64,000 nucleotides of DNA, taken from contig JBBCKI010000031.1 of assembly GCA_037190965.1 (NCBI GenBank), forward strand, positions 1 through 64,000, read 5' to 3'. The stretch comes from Chthoniobacteraceae bacterium. GTDB taxonomy: Bacteria; Verrucomicrobiota; Verrucomicrobiia; Chthoniobacterales; Chthoniobacteraceae. A program made the position numbers and the translations under genes. The notes beneath the pieces were generated by a model that saw only the letters and a list, made by a program, of their open reading frames with translations, was not told the DNA's origin and did not search any database. Shown piece after piece: positions 50,370-59,434 of the stretch (positions are counted from its first letter, which is position 1; each line of letters opens with the position of its first letter).

Positions 50370-51122
50370 CTACGAAAGCGCGATGGCCGGGTTCGCTGCG
50401 GCACCCTGGTTAGGTGGCAAATACTCACAGCCAAACTTGGTATTCTTCATGGAAGCACAACCAGCGATATTCAAAAGCAAAGAACCACACAGCACTATGA
50501 ACAGCCAAGAGAACACAACACGCCGTTTGGCTCGTAAGCTCAAAGTCGTCAACGCAACATAGTAACTCCACCCCACAAAAGCTGCGAAGTATATGTTTGC
50601 GGAACTATTTGGGACAACAGGGGCAAGAAGCATGAAGAACGGAAATCCTGCGGGACTAAAAACCGGCGGCAGCAGAATGCCCGCCCAACTGAATTGCCAA
50701 TCTTCTACAAAGGCCATTGCGATAATCGCCGCAATCCAAGCCACTACGCAAAGCGAGCCTTTCAGCTGCAACGAAATCTGTGATGATTGCTCCATGCGTA
50801 CGATGATTGGCAGTGGCCCGAAATCTATTCCGCGCTCTCGGTATGCTTCGTTCCAGTTGTAAATCGGCTCAGTCGCCCAATCAAAACGATCTCCATTATT
50901 TCCGACCGCCTCGGTTGGGCAGCACTTGACACCTCCTTCTTCTAGAAGCTTAGCCTCTTCTTCATTTTCCGGCTGCTTAAAAACATATGATGTTCCAGTC
51001 CGGTCATCGCGTTTGACATTATTGGGCGCAGTCTCGCGGCACAAATCGCAATCAGTGCATTGACTGTCGATGTAGTAACGACCCGGGATATTCAACGGGT
51101 ATCTTTCGTAGAAATTGGCCAT
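50370..51122 (-). CDS. 4Fe-4S single-cluster ferredoxin fused to a membrane domain
   Basis: YYIDSQCTDCDLCRETAPNN ... CPTEAVG, then 3-4 TM segments; tail PPNQGAAANPAIALS is encoded by an attC-like site. Confidence 0.72.
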   Translation of the reverse strand: MANFYERYPLNIPGRYYIDSQCTDCDLCRETAPNNVKRDDRTGTSYVFKQPENEEEAKLLEEGGVKCCPTEAVGNNGDRFDWATEPIYNWNEAYRERGIDFGPLPIIVRMEQSSQISLQLKGSLCVVAWIAAIIAMAFVEDWQFSWAGILLPPVFSPAGFPFFMLLAPVVPNSSANIYFAAFVGWSYYVALTTLSLRAKRRVVFSWLFIVLCGSLLLNIAGCASMKNTKFGCEYLPPNQGAAANPAIALS

Positions 51123-51267
51123 GGCGTTTTTGGTTTCCGCCTAACATTATGTAGATTGAGAAATATCTATTTAAATTCTGTAAAACCAGAAAAAAGTGGA
51201 TCGAAATGCCATAGGGGTGCATGACGGGAAAGTTACGATAAGAAAAAACAGGGTGCGAGAGAGCAGC

Positions 51268-51425
51268 GGTGACAGGCTCGCGCCGCCGGGCCCGAGGTTC
51301 GCCTCCCATCGTTCCCCCGTGGCTTTATGAGGGCCGCATCCCGGCAAACGCGGTCCGTCCTGCGGGGATGAACGCCAAACGCGTCTCGAAAACCTATTCC
51401 GCGCTCTCGGCGAGAGCGGTCTACC
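51268..51425. repeat. Family A REPIN-like copy with degenerate left arm
   Basis: Ends CCGCGCTCTCGGCGAGAGCGGTCTACC; core CCGTCCTGCGGGGAT shared with the 13352 copy. Confidence 0.72.
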
Positions 51426-51557
51426 TTGTATCGTCCTCCAAATCGGTCACTTTCCCGTCATGACCGTGGCTTGGCATCGTGCAGAGACTTTTTGGAAGAC
51501 TTGGCAACGCGCACGTTTGAGCTAAAGTGACCGACTCTTTTTCACCCGATCCATCCG

Positions 51558-52514
51558 ATGACCCAAAAACCGCGCATTCCCGTCACCATCCTCACCGGCT
51601 TCCTGGGCGCCGGTAAAACCACGCTGCTCAACTACATCCTCAAGCAGCAGCACGGCTACAAATTCGCCGTTATCGTCAACGAAATCGGCGAGATCGGCAT
51701 CGACGGGCAATTGGTGGAGAACGCCAAGGAAGAGATCGTGCAAATGAACAACGGCTGCGTCTGCTGCACCGTGCGCAAGGATCTCGTCAAGAGCGTCCAG
51801 ACCCTCATCAAACGCGGCGGATTCGACTACCTCCTCATTGAGACGACCGGCATCGCCGATCCCGGCCCCGTCGCCCAGACCTTCCTCAATATCCCCCAGT
51901 TGCAACAGTACGTGCAGCTCGACTCGATCATCACCGTCGTTGACGCGGAGCAGATCGAAAAACAGATGGCAGACGTGGAGACCGCCCGCGAACAGATCGC
52001 GATGGCCGATTTTGTTCTCCTCAACAAGACCGACCTGGTGGACGAGCCTCGGCTGCAATGCCTGGAAACGAAGATCGCCAACCTCAACCCGCACGCGCAG
52101 ACCTTCCGGACCAACCAGTCGGAGGTGAACCTGAAGGAAGTACTCGATATGGCGGCGTTCGACGTCGACCGGAAGCTGGCCGTTGACCCGAAGTTCCTCG
52201 ACGAACTCAATACCCGGCATCACCATGACATCCAATCGTGCTCGTACACCTTCGATCAACCTTTCAGCATCGAACGTTTCGAGGCGTTCGTCGGAGAGTT
52301 GAGCGACAAAGCGAAGATCTTTCGCTCGAAGGGGTTCGTCTCGCTGGCCGGGAACCCGCGCCGCGCGCTGTTCCACGGCGTCAACAACCGCTTCACGATC
52401 TTCTGGGATCGCCTCTGGGAGAAGAACGAAACGCGCACCAGCCAGTTCGTCTTTATCGGCAAGGGGCTCGACGCCGAGGCGATCCGCGCCGGTCTGGCGA
52501 AGTGTCTGGCATAG
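51558..52514 (+). CDS. COG0523/CobW-family G3E metallochaperone GTPase
   Basis: [32 protein letters not shown] and CobW_C region. Confidence 0.92.
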   Translation: MTQKPRIPVTILTGFLGAGKTTLLNYILKQQHGYKFAVIVNEIGEIGIDGQLVENAKEEIVQMNNGCVCCTVRKDLVKSVQTLIKRGGFDYLLIETTGIADPGPVAQTFLNIPQLQQYVQLDSIITVVDAEQIEKQMADVETAREQIAMADFVLLNKTDLVDEPRLQCLETKIANLNPHAQTFRTNQSEVNLKEVLDMAAFDVDRKLAVDPKFLDELNTRHHHDIQSCSYTFDQPFSIERFEAFVGELSDKAKIFRSKGFVSLAGNPRRALFHGVNNRFTIFWDRLWEKNETRTSQFVFIGKGLDAEAIRAGLAKCLA

Positions 52515-52531
52515 CGGGCCTCTCGGTCAGC

Positions 52532-54787
52532 CTAGGTTCGGCCCAGCCGCTCCCGCAGAGCGGCGGGATCGAGCGGCTTGAGCATGAAATCATGGAATCC
52601 GGCCTGCGCCGCCCGGGCGCGATCGGCCTCCTGCCCATAGCCGGTGATGGCAATCAGTTCCAATTTCCCAAGCCCCGGATCGGAGGAAAGCGCCCCGGCC
52701 AAAGCGTAGCCATCCATTCCGGGCAACCCCAGGTCGATCAGCGCCACGTCGGGCTTAAACCCGGACCCCTTGCCGAGGGCCTCGCGGCCGTTGGCGGCCA
52801 CCTCCACCTGGTGTCCCCATCGAATCAGGAGGCGGCGGAGCGTTCCGGCAAGGTCAGGATTGTCCTCCACGATCAGGATACGGCGCGAACGGCCGGGATC
52901 GACCACAGCGGTCGCCACGCTCGTTTCCGCCACGTTGGAAGCGGGGGCCTTTGCGAGGGGGATGCGTACAAAAAACTCCGAGCCCTTTCCGGGGCCGTCG
53001 CTCCGGACTCCCACCGTGCCTCCGTGCATCCCGACCAACTGCCGCACGAGCGCGAGCCCAAGGCCCAGGCCCCCCCGGGTCATCGTCAACGATTCCTCCG
53101 ACTGTACGAACGGCTCGAAAATCCGCTCCTGCATTTCGGGGACAATCCCGATCCCGTGGTCGCGGACTTCCAGCAACGCCTCTTTGCCTTCCCGCCGGAG
53201 TGAAAGAGAGATCGGTTTGCCCGGTCCCGTGTATTTTACGGCGTTATTGAGCAGATTCCCGACGATCTGCTCGATCCGAACAGGATCAGCGTCCACCCAG
53301 AGCCGTTCCGTGGGAAAATCTGCCGCAAAAGCCCGGTCCGCGAGCAGGGCACGGGCTGTCCTGATGGCAGCGCGAACGGAGTCCGCCAGGTCGAGCCGCG
53401 TTTTATGCAGCGTGATCTTGCCCCTCGTGACCCGCGAAACGTCGAGCAGGTCCTCCACCAGCCGCGCCATGTGCCGCACCTGACGCTCGATCACCTCCAC
53501 GGCGTCGCCCGGGTCCGGTGTGCGAAGCAGTTCCACGGCATTGAGAATGGGCGCCAGCGGATTACGCAACTCATGCGCCAGCATGGCCAGGAAATGATCT
53601 TTAATGCGATTGACCCGGCTCAGTTCGGCCTCGTGCTTTCGCAAACGCTCGTCGAGTCCCTTGCGACGGAGGGCGGCGCCCAGTTGCAGGATCACCTCTT
53701 CGACAAAAGCGACAAGCTCGGGCAGCTCCGCGCCCGGCTCTTCGATCAAAAACTCCAGCACTGCCGCCGCCCTGCCATCGACCAGCACGGGGAAAACCGC
53801 CGCCGTCTTGAAGCCGAGTTCCGCCGCCGCCTCAAGCCCATGCAGGGCAGCCTCGGAAGCGACATCGGCCACGAGAACCGGGCGTGCCTCCTGCCAGACC
53901 CGCACGCGTAACGGCCCGCCGTGTTTGAACCGGTCCTGTGATGTCGAAGCCCGGGCTTTGAGAGATTCGAAGCCGCTTCGTGACGCGTGCCACGCTTTGC
54001 AGCTTTCCGGGGATTTTCGCTCTTCATCGCGTGTCCACGCCGCGCCGAGCGTCCATCCGGTCGCCTCGCAGATCTGTTCGAGAGCCGCCTGCAATGCCTG
54101 GGCCACATCGGGAGCCTCGGCGATTGCCCCGGAGATGCGGCACCTCAGGAGTTGCTGCATCTCTGCCCGTTTTTGTTCCAGAAGCGCCTCTGCCAATCTC
54201 CTTGAGGATTGTTGCAGGTTCGCACGGGCCATCGCCTCCAAACCCAGGGTAAAAAGAAGCTTCTTCTGCGCCGCATTGAGCCCCGGCCGGGGCCGGGTAT
54301 CGATGACACAAAGCGTTCCGAGCGCATGTCCCGCAGAGTTGGTCAGAGGCGTCCCGGCATAAAAGCGGATATGGGGCGACTCTCTCACCAGGGGATTGTT
54401 GGCGAACCGAACATCCTCAAGCGCATCCGGGACCACCATCCCGTCCGGATAGAGAATCGTATGGGCGCAGAAAGCGTGTTCTCTGGGAAACTCGGTAAAA
54501 GTCACCCCCACACGCGATTTGAACCATTGTCGATCCTTGTCGACCAGGGAGATCATCGCCATCGGGGTTTGAAACAGGTAACTGGCCAGAGCGGTGATTT
54601 CATCGAATTCCGACTCGGACCCTCCGTTCATCCACCCCGAGGCGTCGAGCGCCCGGAGGCGCTCCTCCTCATTGGGAGGGCAGGGACATTGCCAAGGAGG
54701 GGCATTCACATAAGGACCGCCAGAGGGTGGGTCAGACGGCGATTTTACTTTGTGGATCTTCTTCATGGAGGACGATTTTTGGGGCAT
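52532..54787 (-). CDS. Hybrid histidine kinase (GAF-GAF-HisKA-HATPase-REC)
   Basis: FCAHTI/IRFYAG GAF, LAHELRNPL, NLLNNAVKY, GLGLGL, DLGLPGMDG. Confidence 0.92.
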   Translation of the reverse strand: MPQKSSSMKKIHKVKSPSDPPSGGPYVNAPPWQCPCPPNEEERLRALDASGWMNGGSESEFDEITALASYLFQTPMAMISLVDKDRQWFKSRVGVTFTEFPREHAFCAHTILYPDGMVVPDALEDVRFANNPLVRESPHIRFYAGTPLTNSAGHALGTLCVIDTRPRPGLNAAQKKLLFTLGLEAMARANLQQSSRRLAEALLEQKRAEMQQLLRCRISGAIAEAPDVAQALQAALEQICEATGWTLGAAWTRDEERKSPESCKAWHASRSGFESLKARASTSQDRFKHGGPLRVRVWQEARPVLVADVASEAALHGLEAAAELGFKTAAVFPVLVDGRAAAVLEFLIEEPGAELPELVAFVEEVILQLGAALRRKGLDERLRKHEAELSRVNRIKDHFLAMLAHELRNPLAPILNAVELLRTPDPGDAVEVIERQVRHMARLVEDLLDVSRVTRGKITLHKTRLDLADSVRAAIRTARALLADRAFAADFPTERLWVDADPVRIEQIVGNLLNNAVKYTGPGKPISLSLRREGKEALLEVRDHGIGIVPEMQERIFEPFVQSEESLTMTRGGLGLGLALVRQLVGMHGGTVGVRSDGPGKGSEFFVRIPLAKAPASNVAETSVATAVVDPGRSRRILIVEDNPDLAGTLRRLLIRWGHQVEVAANGREALGKGSGFKPDVALIDLGLPGMDGYALAGALSSDPGLGKLELIAITGYGQEADRARAAQAGFHDFMLKPLDPAALRERLGRT

Positions 54788-54933
54788 GGAAGTAAAGCAG
54801 CGTTGCGCCTACCTAATCGCGCTGCAAACAGAGCGCGCGGGCAGGAGCTTGCCCCCCCGGATGTCCCGGTTGAACCGGCGGTAGTCCTCCCTTACAGCGG
54901 TTTCAGCCGGCTCGCCTTGCCCTTTTTTGCCCT

Positions 54934-56448
54934 ATGGAAAACCTGACTGCGATTGGCTGGGCAGTCCCCTATCTGCTGGTAGTCGGCGTGCTTGCCCTCT
55001 ACGGGTTCCACCGCTTTTGCATCGTCTACCTCTATTTCAAATACCGGCATCAAACGCCCCGTGCTTTGCAGGAATTCGCCGAACTGCCCAGAATTACCGT
55101 CCAACTCCCCATCTACAACGAACTCTACGTGGCCGAACGGCTTCTGAAAGCCGTTGCGAAACTCGACTATCCCAAGGAAAAAATTCAAATCCAGGTACTC
55201 GATGACTCCACGGATGAAACACGCGATCTCTCCCGCAACGGTATCGAAAAGTTGCGAGAACAGGGCTTCGACGCGGAGCTGATCCACCGGGAGAATCGTG
55301 TCGGATTCAAAGCGGGCGCGCTCCAGCACGGCCTTACCACCTGCAAGGGAGAGTTCATTCTCATTCTCGACGCCGATTTTGTACCGCCCCGCGATCTCCT
55401 GCACCAAACGGTTCATTTCTTCACCGACCCCGGGGTCGGCATGATCCAGAGCCGCTGGGGACATCTCAATCGCGACTACTCCCTGCTAACCCGGCTACAG
55501 GCTCTGTTCATGGACGGCCACCTCATCCTCGAACAAACCGCACGCAGCCGGAGCGGCCGCTTTTTCAACTTCAATGGCACCGCGGGGCTCTGGCGGAAAA
55601 GCTGCATTGTCGATGCCGGAGGATGGCAACACGACACCCTCACCGAGGATTTCGATTTGAGCTATCGCGCTCAGCTTGCAGGGTGGAAGTTCGTTTTCCT
55701 CAAAGATGTCGTCACTCCGGCGGAGCTGCCGGTTGAGATGAACGGATTCCGCAGCCAGCAGCACCGGTGGACAAAGGGTTCCATCCAGACCTGCAAAAAA
55801 CTCCTGGGCACAATCTGGAGAAGCCCCTTGCCCCTGCTCGTCAAACTGGAGGCGACGGTTCACCTCACCTCCAACTTCGCCTATCTTCTCCTCGTCTTTC
55901 TCTGCCTACTATTGCAGCAGGCCTCCACCAGTTCCAACGCGCTCTGGTCAGGGCCATGGCGCATGGTTCTCTTTGATATCCCGGTATTTGTGCTCGCCAC
56001 CGTGTCGGCGGCAGTCTTCTACGCCTGCGCCCGGAGGGAGACTTCTCCCCGCACCTGGATCAAGGATCTGCTCTGCCTTCCTCTCCTGCTCGCGCTCGGC
56101 ATTGGCATGTCGGTCAATAATGCCCGGGCAGTGATGGAAGCTCTCTTCAATCACCAGAGCGAATTTTCCCGCACCCCGAAATATGGGATCGAAGAACACA
56201 CTCCCCGGCGTGACCGCGCGCGCTACCGGCCCCTTCGCAGTCTGCTGCCGCTGGTGGAGAGTGCCTTTGCCCTCTACTTCGCCCTGTTCTTCATCGCGGC
56301 CGCCGCAGAGGGAAACTGGTTCGCGGTCCCGTTTCTCGGCCTGTTCTTCGCAGGTTTCGCCTACGTCGCATTCTCCTCGGTGATCCCCTCGTTTCCGCCC
56401 GCCGAATCACCGGAGGAAGCCGCAACCCATAGAGCGCCAGCGGTTTAA
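54934..56448 (+). CDS. GT2 cellulose-synthase-like glycosyltransferase
   Basis: QLPIYNE, DDSTD, KAG, DAD, TED, QQHRW. Confidence 0.9.
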   Translation: MENLTAIGWAVPYLLVVGVLALYGFHRFCIVYLYFKYRHQTPRALQEFAELPRITVQLPIYNELYVAERLLKAVAKLDYPKEKIQIQVLDDSTDETRDLSRNGIEKLREQGFDAELIHRENRVGFKAGALQHGLTTCKGEFILILDADFVPPRDLLHQTVHFFTDPGVGMIQSRWGHLNRDYSLLTRLQALFMDGHLILEQTARSRSGRFFNFNGTAGLWRKSCIVDAGGWQHDTLTEDFDLSYRAQLAGWKFVFLKDVVTPAELPVEMNGFRSQQHRWTKGSIQTCKKLLGTIWRSPLPLLVKLEATVHLTSNFAYLLLVFLCLLLQQASTSSNALWSGPWRMVLFDIPVFVLATVSAAVFYACARRETSPRTWIKDLLCLPLLLALGIGMSVNNARAVMEALFNHQSEFSRTPKYGIEEHTPRRDRARYRPLRSLLPLVESAFALYFALFFIAAAAEGNWFAVPFLGLFFAGFAYVAFSSVIPSFPPAESPEEAATHRAPAV

Positions 56449-56511
56449 AAAGTGAGCTGATCGCATTATCGGGGAAACCCGGCATGCCGGTTGCTCCATT
56501 TGGGCTTCGCG

Positions 56512-57150
56512 ATGCGCGCGAAGTTCCTCCCCCTCCTGTTCCTTCTCATGGCCGCCTGCCGTTCCGGGGCGACGCCCATTCCCATGCCGGTCATCCTTGT
56601 CAGCGTGCCGGAGCAGAAGCTCGTTCTTCTACAGAATGGCCGCCGGGTGGCCGCCTATCCCATCTCAACTTCCCGCTACGGCCTCGGCGACCGCTTCAAT
56701 AGCTACGCCACCCCTGCAGGAAGGATGGAAGTGGCCCAGAAGATCGGCGAAGGCGCTCCGCTTGGAGCAGTCTTCAAATCCCGCAGACGCACCGGCGAAG
56801 TGCTCACCCCAAATGCCCCGGGGCGCGACCCGATTGTGACCCGCATTCTCTGGCTGCGGGGTCTCGATCCTCAGAATCGCAACGCGTTTGCCCGCAAAAT
56901 CTACATCCATGGCACCCCGCAGGAAAAATTGATCGGCCGACCGGCCAGCTACGGCTGCATCCGGATGCGTTCGCGCGACGTGGCGGAACTTTTCAGCCGC
57001 GTCGGCGTGGGAGCCCGGGTGGAAATCGCCAACACACCGGTACGCAAGGCGATCTCCACTCTGGCAGCGGCGGAAAAGGAGAGCCAGAGAGCTGCCCGTC
57101 TGAAAACACTGGCGACGGCGGATGCCCGCCAGTCTCGGAATTCGGGTTAA
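56512..57150 (+). CDS. L,D-transpeptidase (YkuD) lipoprotein
   Basis: LMAAC lipobox; IYIHGTP..ASYGCIRM. Confidence 0.9.
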   Translation: MRAKFLPLLFLLMAACRSGATPIPMPVILVSVPEQKLVLLQNGRRVAAYPISTSRYGLGDRFNSYATPAGRMEVAQKIGEGAPLGAVFKSRRRTGEVLTPNAPGRDPIVTRILWLRGLDPQNRNAFARKIYIHGTPQEKLIGRPASYGCIRMRSRDVAELFSRVGVGARVEIANTPVRKAISTLAAAEKESQRAARLKTLATADARQSRNSG

Positions 57151-57152
57151 AT

Positions 57153-57188
57153 GGTAGCCCGCTCGCGCCGTCGAGCGCGGGTATCGGC
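57153..57188. repeat. Single family A REP unit
   Basis: GGTAGCCCGCTCGCGCCGTCGAGCGCGGGTATCGGC, the reverse complement of the family A right arm. Confidence 0.78.
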
Positions 57189-57531
57189 AGCGGCGGTAAT
57201 ACGCAGCACCCTATCCCGAGGTCGCTATATCAGTTTTCCTTCGGGATGACTGGCAACTCCGCACCGAAGTTTCTGACCCGACCGACTCGTCCATAATGAG
57301 ATCACCCGTTTCCCTGACGGCATCAGGTATCAAGCACCCCCCCACCTCCGCCAAAAAAATCAATGGGTTAGTGGTGGGCGCAGTGTTAGTCTCCTCCGCA
57401 TAGGAGATAACGGGCTGCTCTAGCTCTCTGCCGTGACAGAGAGTGAAGGAACAACGAAAAAGAGCCTATGACTCTATCGGTTCCATCGGCGGGAAAATTA
57501 TCCGCTCAGCCGAAAAAATTAGCTGAGATCA

Positions 57532-58176
57532 TCAACGCCTGCGTCGATCAAGGGTGCTTTCTTTTTCTATCCACATCCATGCTCGTGAGGCTTCAGGTGT
57601 CAGCGTGTATGCCATTGTGTAAACCTGAATTGAGCGTCCGTTGAATTCATAAACATCTCCAGTCGGCACTGCGACGATCTTAAACCGTTGATCCGGCAGA
57701 ATGCTTTTTTCATTCGGATGATCCCTTAAAAGGATAACTCCTTCCGCTGTAGCTTCAGGAACAACATCGGCATAGTGGAGGCGGCCATTTCTTGCCTCCA
57801 TCAACGGCCCATATGGTTTTTCTTCCAACTGCATTGCAAGCTTGGCAAGCCTGGCGGTGTCCGCAGCGCCCGCATTTGCAGGCAGATGCGACGCCAGCAT
57901 CTGCGACTGCGCTGAAATGGTCTCATTCTTGCACTCTACAATTAGACCATCTGCTGATCTGGTGGATACACTGCCTCTGATGACGACCAAATCAGGAATC
58001 GCTACGGGAGGAGGGGACGACGCGACAAACGGACGTGGAACTGAAGAGATCGGTGCAGCGGGTATTTCGAGGGGCGTGGGACTCTCGGCAATGGGGGGCT
58101 TGGGAGGCTCAACAATCTGAGTTGAAAATACGAGATAGATACCTAAACCAAGCAGAATAACGACTATGATTTTCAT
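57532..58176 (-). CDS. Hypothetical protein with N-terminal anchor (lower GC)
   Basis: MKIIVVILLGLG, Pro-rich linker, beta-rich C-terminus. Confidence 0.65.
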   Translation of the reverse strand: MKIIVVILLGLGIYLVFSTQIVEPPKPPIAESPTPLEIPAAPISSVPRPFVASSPPPVAIPDLVVIRGSVSTRSADGLIVECKNETISAQSQMLASHLPANAGAADTARLAKLAMQLEEKPYGPLMEARNGRLHYADVVPEATAEGVILLRDHPNEKSILPDQRFKIVAVPTGDVYEFNGRSIQVYTMAYTLTPEASRAWMWIEKESTLDRRRR

Positions 58177-58634
58177 TTGAGTCCCTTCCAAATTTTCTAG
58201 TTATCCCTGCCTTAATGAGACGGTTCCATTTGTCCTGCTGTAACAATGCACAGTGCAAATGCCAGTAAGAAACGGTGATGAATTCGAGTCAAGACAAGAC
58301 TTATGCCCGCTTTGAGACGGTCAAGGCCGCCGCTGTTCATCTTCATTGCCACCCAAATGCAATCAGGCTGGCTGCAGTCGCGGGCCAATGCCCACGAATG
58401 CCCGACGCACTAAAACCTTCCTGAAATGACTACTCGAAACCCTCAAACCTTCGGAATTTCGGGGAAATCACCCCGAAATCTTCTCCAATCACCTCAGCGC
58501 CTCGAAAACCTTCGTAAGTCGTTGGTGTTCAGTGCAATTCAGAATTTTTCGGCCGGATTCAGGAATTCCTAAACCTCCTCCGGCAAGGGGCACTTGCCAT
58601 TCCACCGTCCCTCCGCGATCAACGTCGGGTCGGG

Positions 58635-59294
58635 CTAAAAAAACGTCGCTATGCCGATCATACCGCCTGCGGCGTTCACTCCGACGTTGCGCTCGGCGCT
58701 GTCCGCGTTGGAGATGTGCTCAAAATTGGCGGTGACTACAACCGCCCAGCGCGGGTTGATGAAATAGCGCAGGCCGATATCGCCCACGAGAGTGAACTCA
58801 AATCCGCTGCCGATAAGGCGTTGCGACTGGTCGCGGTGGATATTGTTGCCCAGCCCCCCTGCTCCAATTTGGAAGAACGGCACCCACCTTGCCCCGGGCT
58901 GCACAAAGTTATACCTGAGAAGAAGCCGCCCTCCCGCCATCCAGGAGCCAGGGCCTTTGGTGACCTCCGCGCCAAAAGCGTTGATCAAGAACTCGAAATT
59001 TCCCCGATACCAGCTCTCGCCGCGAGGGGTGTTCAGCATCCAGCCGAGTCGAATATCCTGTCGCGCGTAGTTGAGAGTTTCCCGGTGGGAACCGGTGACG
59101 GGCGAAACGAGATAACCTGCCGTGATGTCGAACTCGCGCGTTCCCCTGCGGAAGGGAGAGAATTCGGCGACCGGCTCGACGAGGGTTTCCACGCGCACTG
59201 TCCCGGCGTTGCCGGAAACCGCGCCCAAGGTAAGTGCCAATCCCAACATCGAAATGACACCGGCTTTATAGCGATTAAGAGGATGGTAACACAT
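58635..59294 (-). CDS. Acyloxyacyl hydrolase / PagL-like outer-membrane beta-barrel
   Basis: LRYNFVQP, PFFQIGAG, FEHISNA, NVGVN, C-terminal Phe. Confidence 0.82.
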   Translation of the reverse strand: MCYHPLNRYKAGVISMLGLALTLGAVSGNAGTVRVETLVEPVAEFSPFRRGTREFDITAGYLVSPVTGSHRETLNYARQDIRLGWMLNTPRGESWYRGNFEFLINAFGAEVTKGPGSWMAGGRLLLRYNFVQPGARWVPFFQIGAGGLGNNIHRDQSQRLIGSGFEFTLVGDIGLRYFINPRWAVVVTANFEHISNADSAERNVGVNAAGGMIGIATFF

Positions 59295-59434
59295 AGGAGA
59301 GTCTTGAGCAGGATTCGCACCCCAAGGGAAAAGCAGTCGTATCTTTTCCGTGTTCTCCGCAACGCCCGGCAGGGGGCGGCCCCGGCTTGCATGCGCGGGC
59401 GTTTCCGGTCTACCCTTGCGACACTTTTCCGGTG

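Larger units (their letters stand above)
48233..51200 (-). mobile_element. Decayed integron-like gene cassette array 2 with attI-like head (no intI)
   Basis: Five co-oriented lower-GC ORFs; attC-like sites at about 48647-48705, 49462-49523, 50136-50193 and 50330-50415; ATAATGTTAGGC (minus strand, 51150-51139) just upstream of the first ORF. Confidence 0.62.

Noticed and set aside
57290..57385. Intact tRNA, tmRNA or TPP riboswitch
   Set aside because: No TTCRA T-loop or complete cloverleaf; the TGAGA..CCC..CCTGA resemblance lacks the remaining TPP elements.
59295..59434. 6S RNA upstream of the 5-formyl-THF cyclo-ligase gene
   Set aside because: A common synteny, but the gap is about 140 bp, shared with a divergent gene, and shows no long rod-like pairing.
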